Assembly: GCA_964106915.2 (NCBI GenBank)
Contig: OZ066914.1
Origin: Podarcis gaigeae
Lineage: Eukaryota
DNA length: 64,000 bases
Reading direction: 5' to 3' (one strand)
In this document: piece after piece, positions 62,385 to 64,000 of the stretch
Layout: each line of letters begins with the position of its first letter
Position numbering within the stretch: position 1 is the stretch's first letter
Translations under genes and position numbers: made by a program
Notes under the pieces: model-generated
Told to the model about the DNA's origin: nothing
What the model saw: only the letters and a program-made list of their open reading frames with translations
The model's database searches: none

Positions 62385-62745
62385 AGGTAAAGTTAAAGGT
62401 AAAGGGACCCCTGACCATTAGGTCCAGTCATGGCTGACTCTGGGGTTGCGGCGCTCATCTTGCTTTATTGACCGAGGGAGCCGGCGTACAGCTTCAAGGT
62501 CATGTGGCCAGAAAGACTAAGCTGGTTCTGGCGAACCAAAGCAGTGCACGGAAACACTGTTTACCTTCCCGCCGGAGCGGTACCTATTTATATACTTGCA
62601 CTTTGATGCGCTTTTGAACTGCTAGGTTGGCAGGAGCAGGGACCGAGCAACGGGAGCTCACCCCGCCGCGGGGATTCGAACCGACAACCTTCTGATCGGC
62701 AAATCCTAGGCTCTGTGGTTTAACCCACAGTGCCACTCACGTCCC
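62385..62745 (-). mobile_element. Full-length Sauria SINE
   Basis: Closely similar over its whole length to 9779-10133, with an (ACCTTT)n tail on the minus strand. Confidence 0.92.
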
Positions 62746-64000
62746 TTTCCCTAGCAAATTGGATTGTAGCTCAGCAATTTGCTTCCACAGGTACACTTGG
62801 GAAAAGTCTCACCTTAATTCAAATACAGTTTTATTAGAAAGGTAGAGCACATGCCATGCATGCCAAAAGTCCAAAGTTCAAGCCCAGCATTTTATTTTTT
62901 TTAGCTGAATAGTTGAAATGATCATGTCATGGGCAATACCTCTAGCTATTTCTAGGGAACACTGCCGTCTCTCAGAGTAGACAATACTGAGCTTGACAGA
63001 CAGATCTGACATGATATAAAGGAGCTTCATTCTTATGAATTAATTTGTATCTTTCCTTTTAATAGTGGAGGTTTCAAGCTAAGTCTAGTTCTTGAGATCT
63101 ACAAATTAGATCTCCAGCATGCTTTTCTACACATAAGCAGTTACTATGCTTTTTCTAGAGGTCAACACACACAGGATTTTAAAATCACCTCCTCTTCTAG
63201 AGCAAATGGCATTAACACATTGGTGTTACTCTTATATGATAAAATGTGCAGCCTCTCAGGTGCTAGAGATCAAACACTGCTGCCATTTAGTAATAAAGGA
63301 GACCAATACTACAGGAACCAAGTGGCATTGACCTCAACTGTCAAGCCTTTCTGAAGGAGATTACACTCTGATTCACTATGAATTGCAGTTTTCATACTAA
63401 TCAAAACTGCTCTTCTTCTCTATAAAATACCAGTTTATTACACCTTTAATACACAACTGAGCTACATCTTACTTCAATGTTCCAAGAGAATAATGTCTAC
63501 CTAGATTATTTGTGATAAAATATCAGTTTCTCTAAGGGAATAATGTTCTGAATGTGGATCCAAATTTATGATGTTTTAATTATTTGGTTGTATACTTCCA
63601 TGGTGTTATTTTTTAAAAAATGAATTGGTGGTTTAAAAACACTCTTATAAAATAGTTTGCCCTATATACCAGTGTCAGTGGAAATGTTTTATGAGGGCAA
63701 ATAGTATTCCAACCTCTGGAAACAGCTTTTGTGAAGATCCTGGATGGGTATCAGTAATCTGCAAAAATGAAGTCACCCCACCTTGTGCAAAGTCACCACT
63801 GAATACAACCTAAAGTTCTTTCTTGCCAGTGATATGAATGTTATAGCCAACCTTCAGTTTTACAGGTGTAAATAGAAAGTGGAGCATTGCTGTCCAGTAA
63901 AAACAAAATGTTTTTCACCTCGACAGCTTCCTCTTTGTTACACAAGAGCAAATGCCACAACATGCAAATAACTGGTCTGGAACAATAGCAGGAAGCAAGA

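Noticed and set aside
1-64000. CRISPR arrays, operons or prokaryotic defence systems
   Set aside because: The window is intron-rich vertebrate DNA, with no repeat-spacer array or bacterial-type genes.

Overview
This is vertebrate genomic DNA, almost certainly from a squamate and probably a lacertid lizard, judging by the Sauria SINEs and tRNA/CR1-tailed SINEs. It holds three intron-containing genes in the same order and orientation as the human ESYT3-CEP70-FAIM block. FAIM (minus strand) is complete: 4 coding exons plus a 59-nt FAIM-L-type exon and a CpG-island first exon. CEP70 (plus strand) has 15 core coding exons and three candidate N-terminal exons. ESYT3 (minus strand) has 22 coding exons here; its first, membrane-anchor exon lies beyond the window end. 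FAIM and CEP70 are head-to-head across two CpG-rich blocks, and CEP70 and ESYT3 are tail-to-tail with poly(A) signals about 100 bp apart. All exon boundaries were read by hand (GT-AG, phases consistent). Introns carry many transposons: Tc1/mariner MITEs, Sauria SINEs, L1/L2/CR1/RTE fragments, a solo LTR and a Penelope-like fragment. The most notable items are a minimal hammerhead ribozyme in the Penelope-like fragment, a twin-primed 5'-inverted L1, a sense-oriented solo LTR in ESYT3, the FAIM-L-like exon with SRRM4-type acceptor architecture, a possible uORF/N-terminal switch in CEP70, and a 15-proline tract plus a shortened C2A loop in ESYT3. I see no convincing evidence of a wholly new multi-gene system. 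Most short ORFs in the supplied track are spurious.
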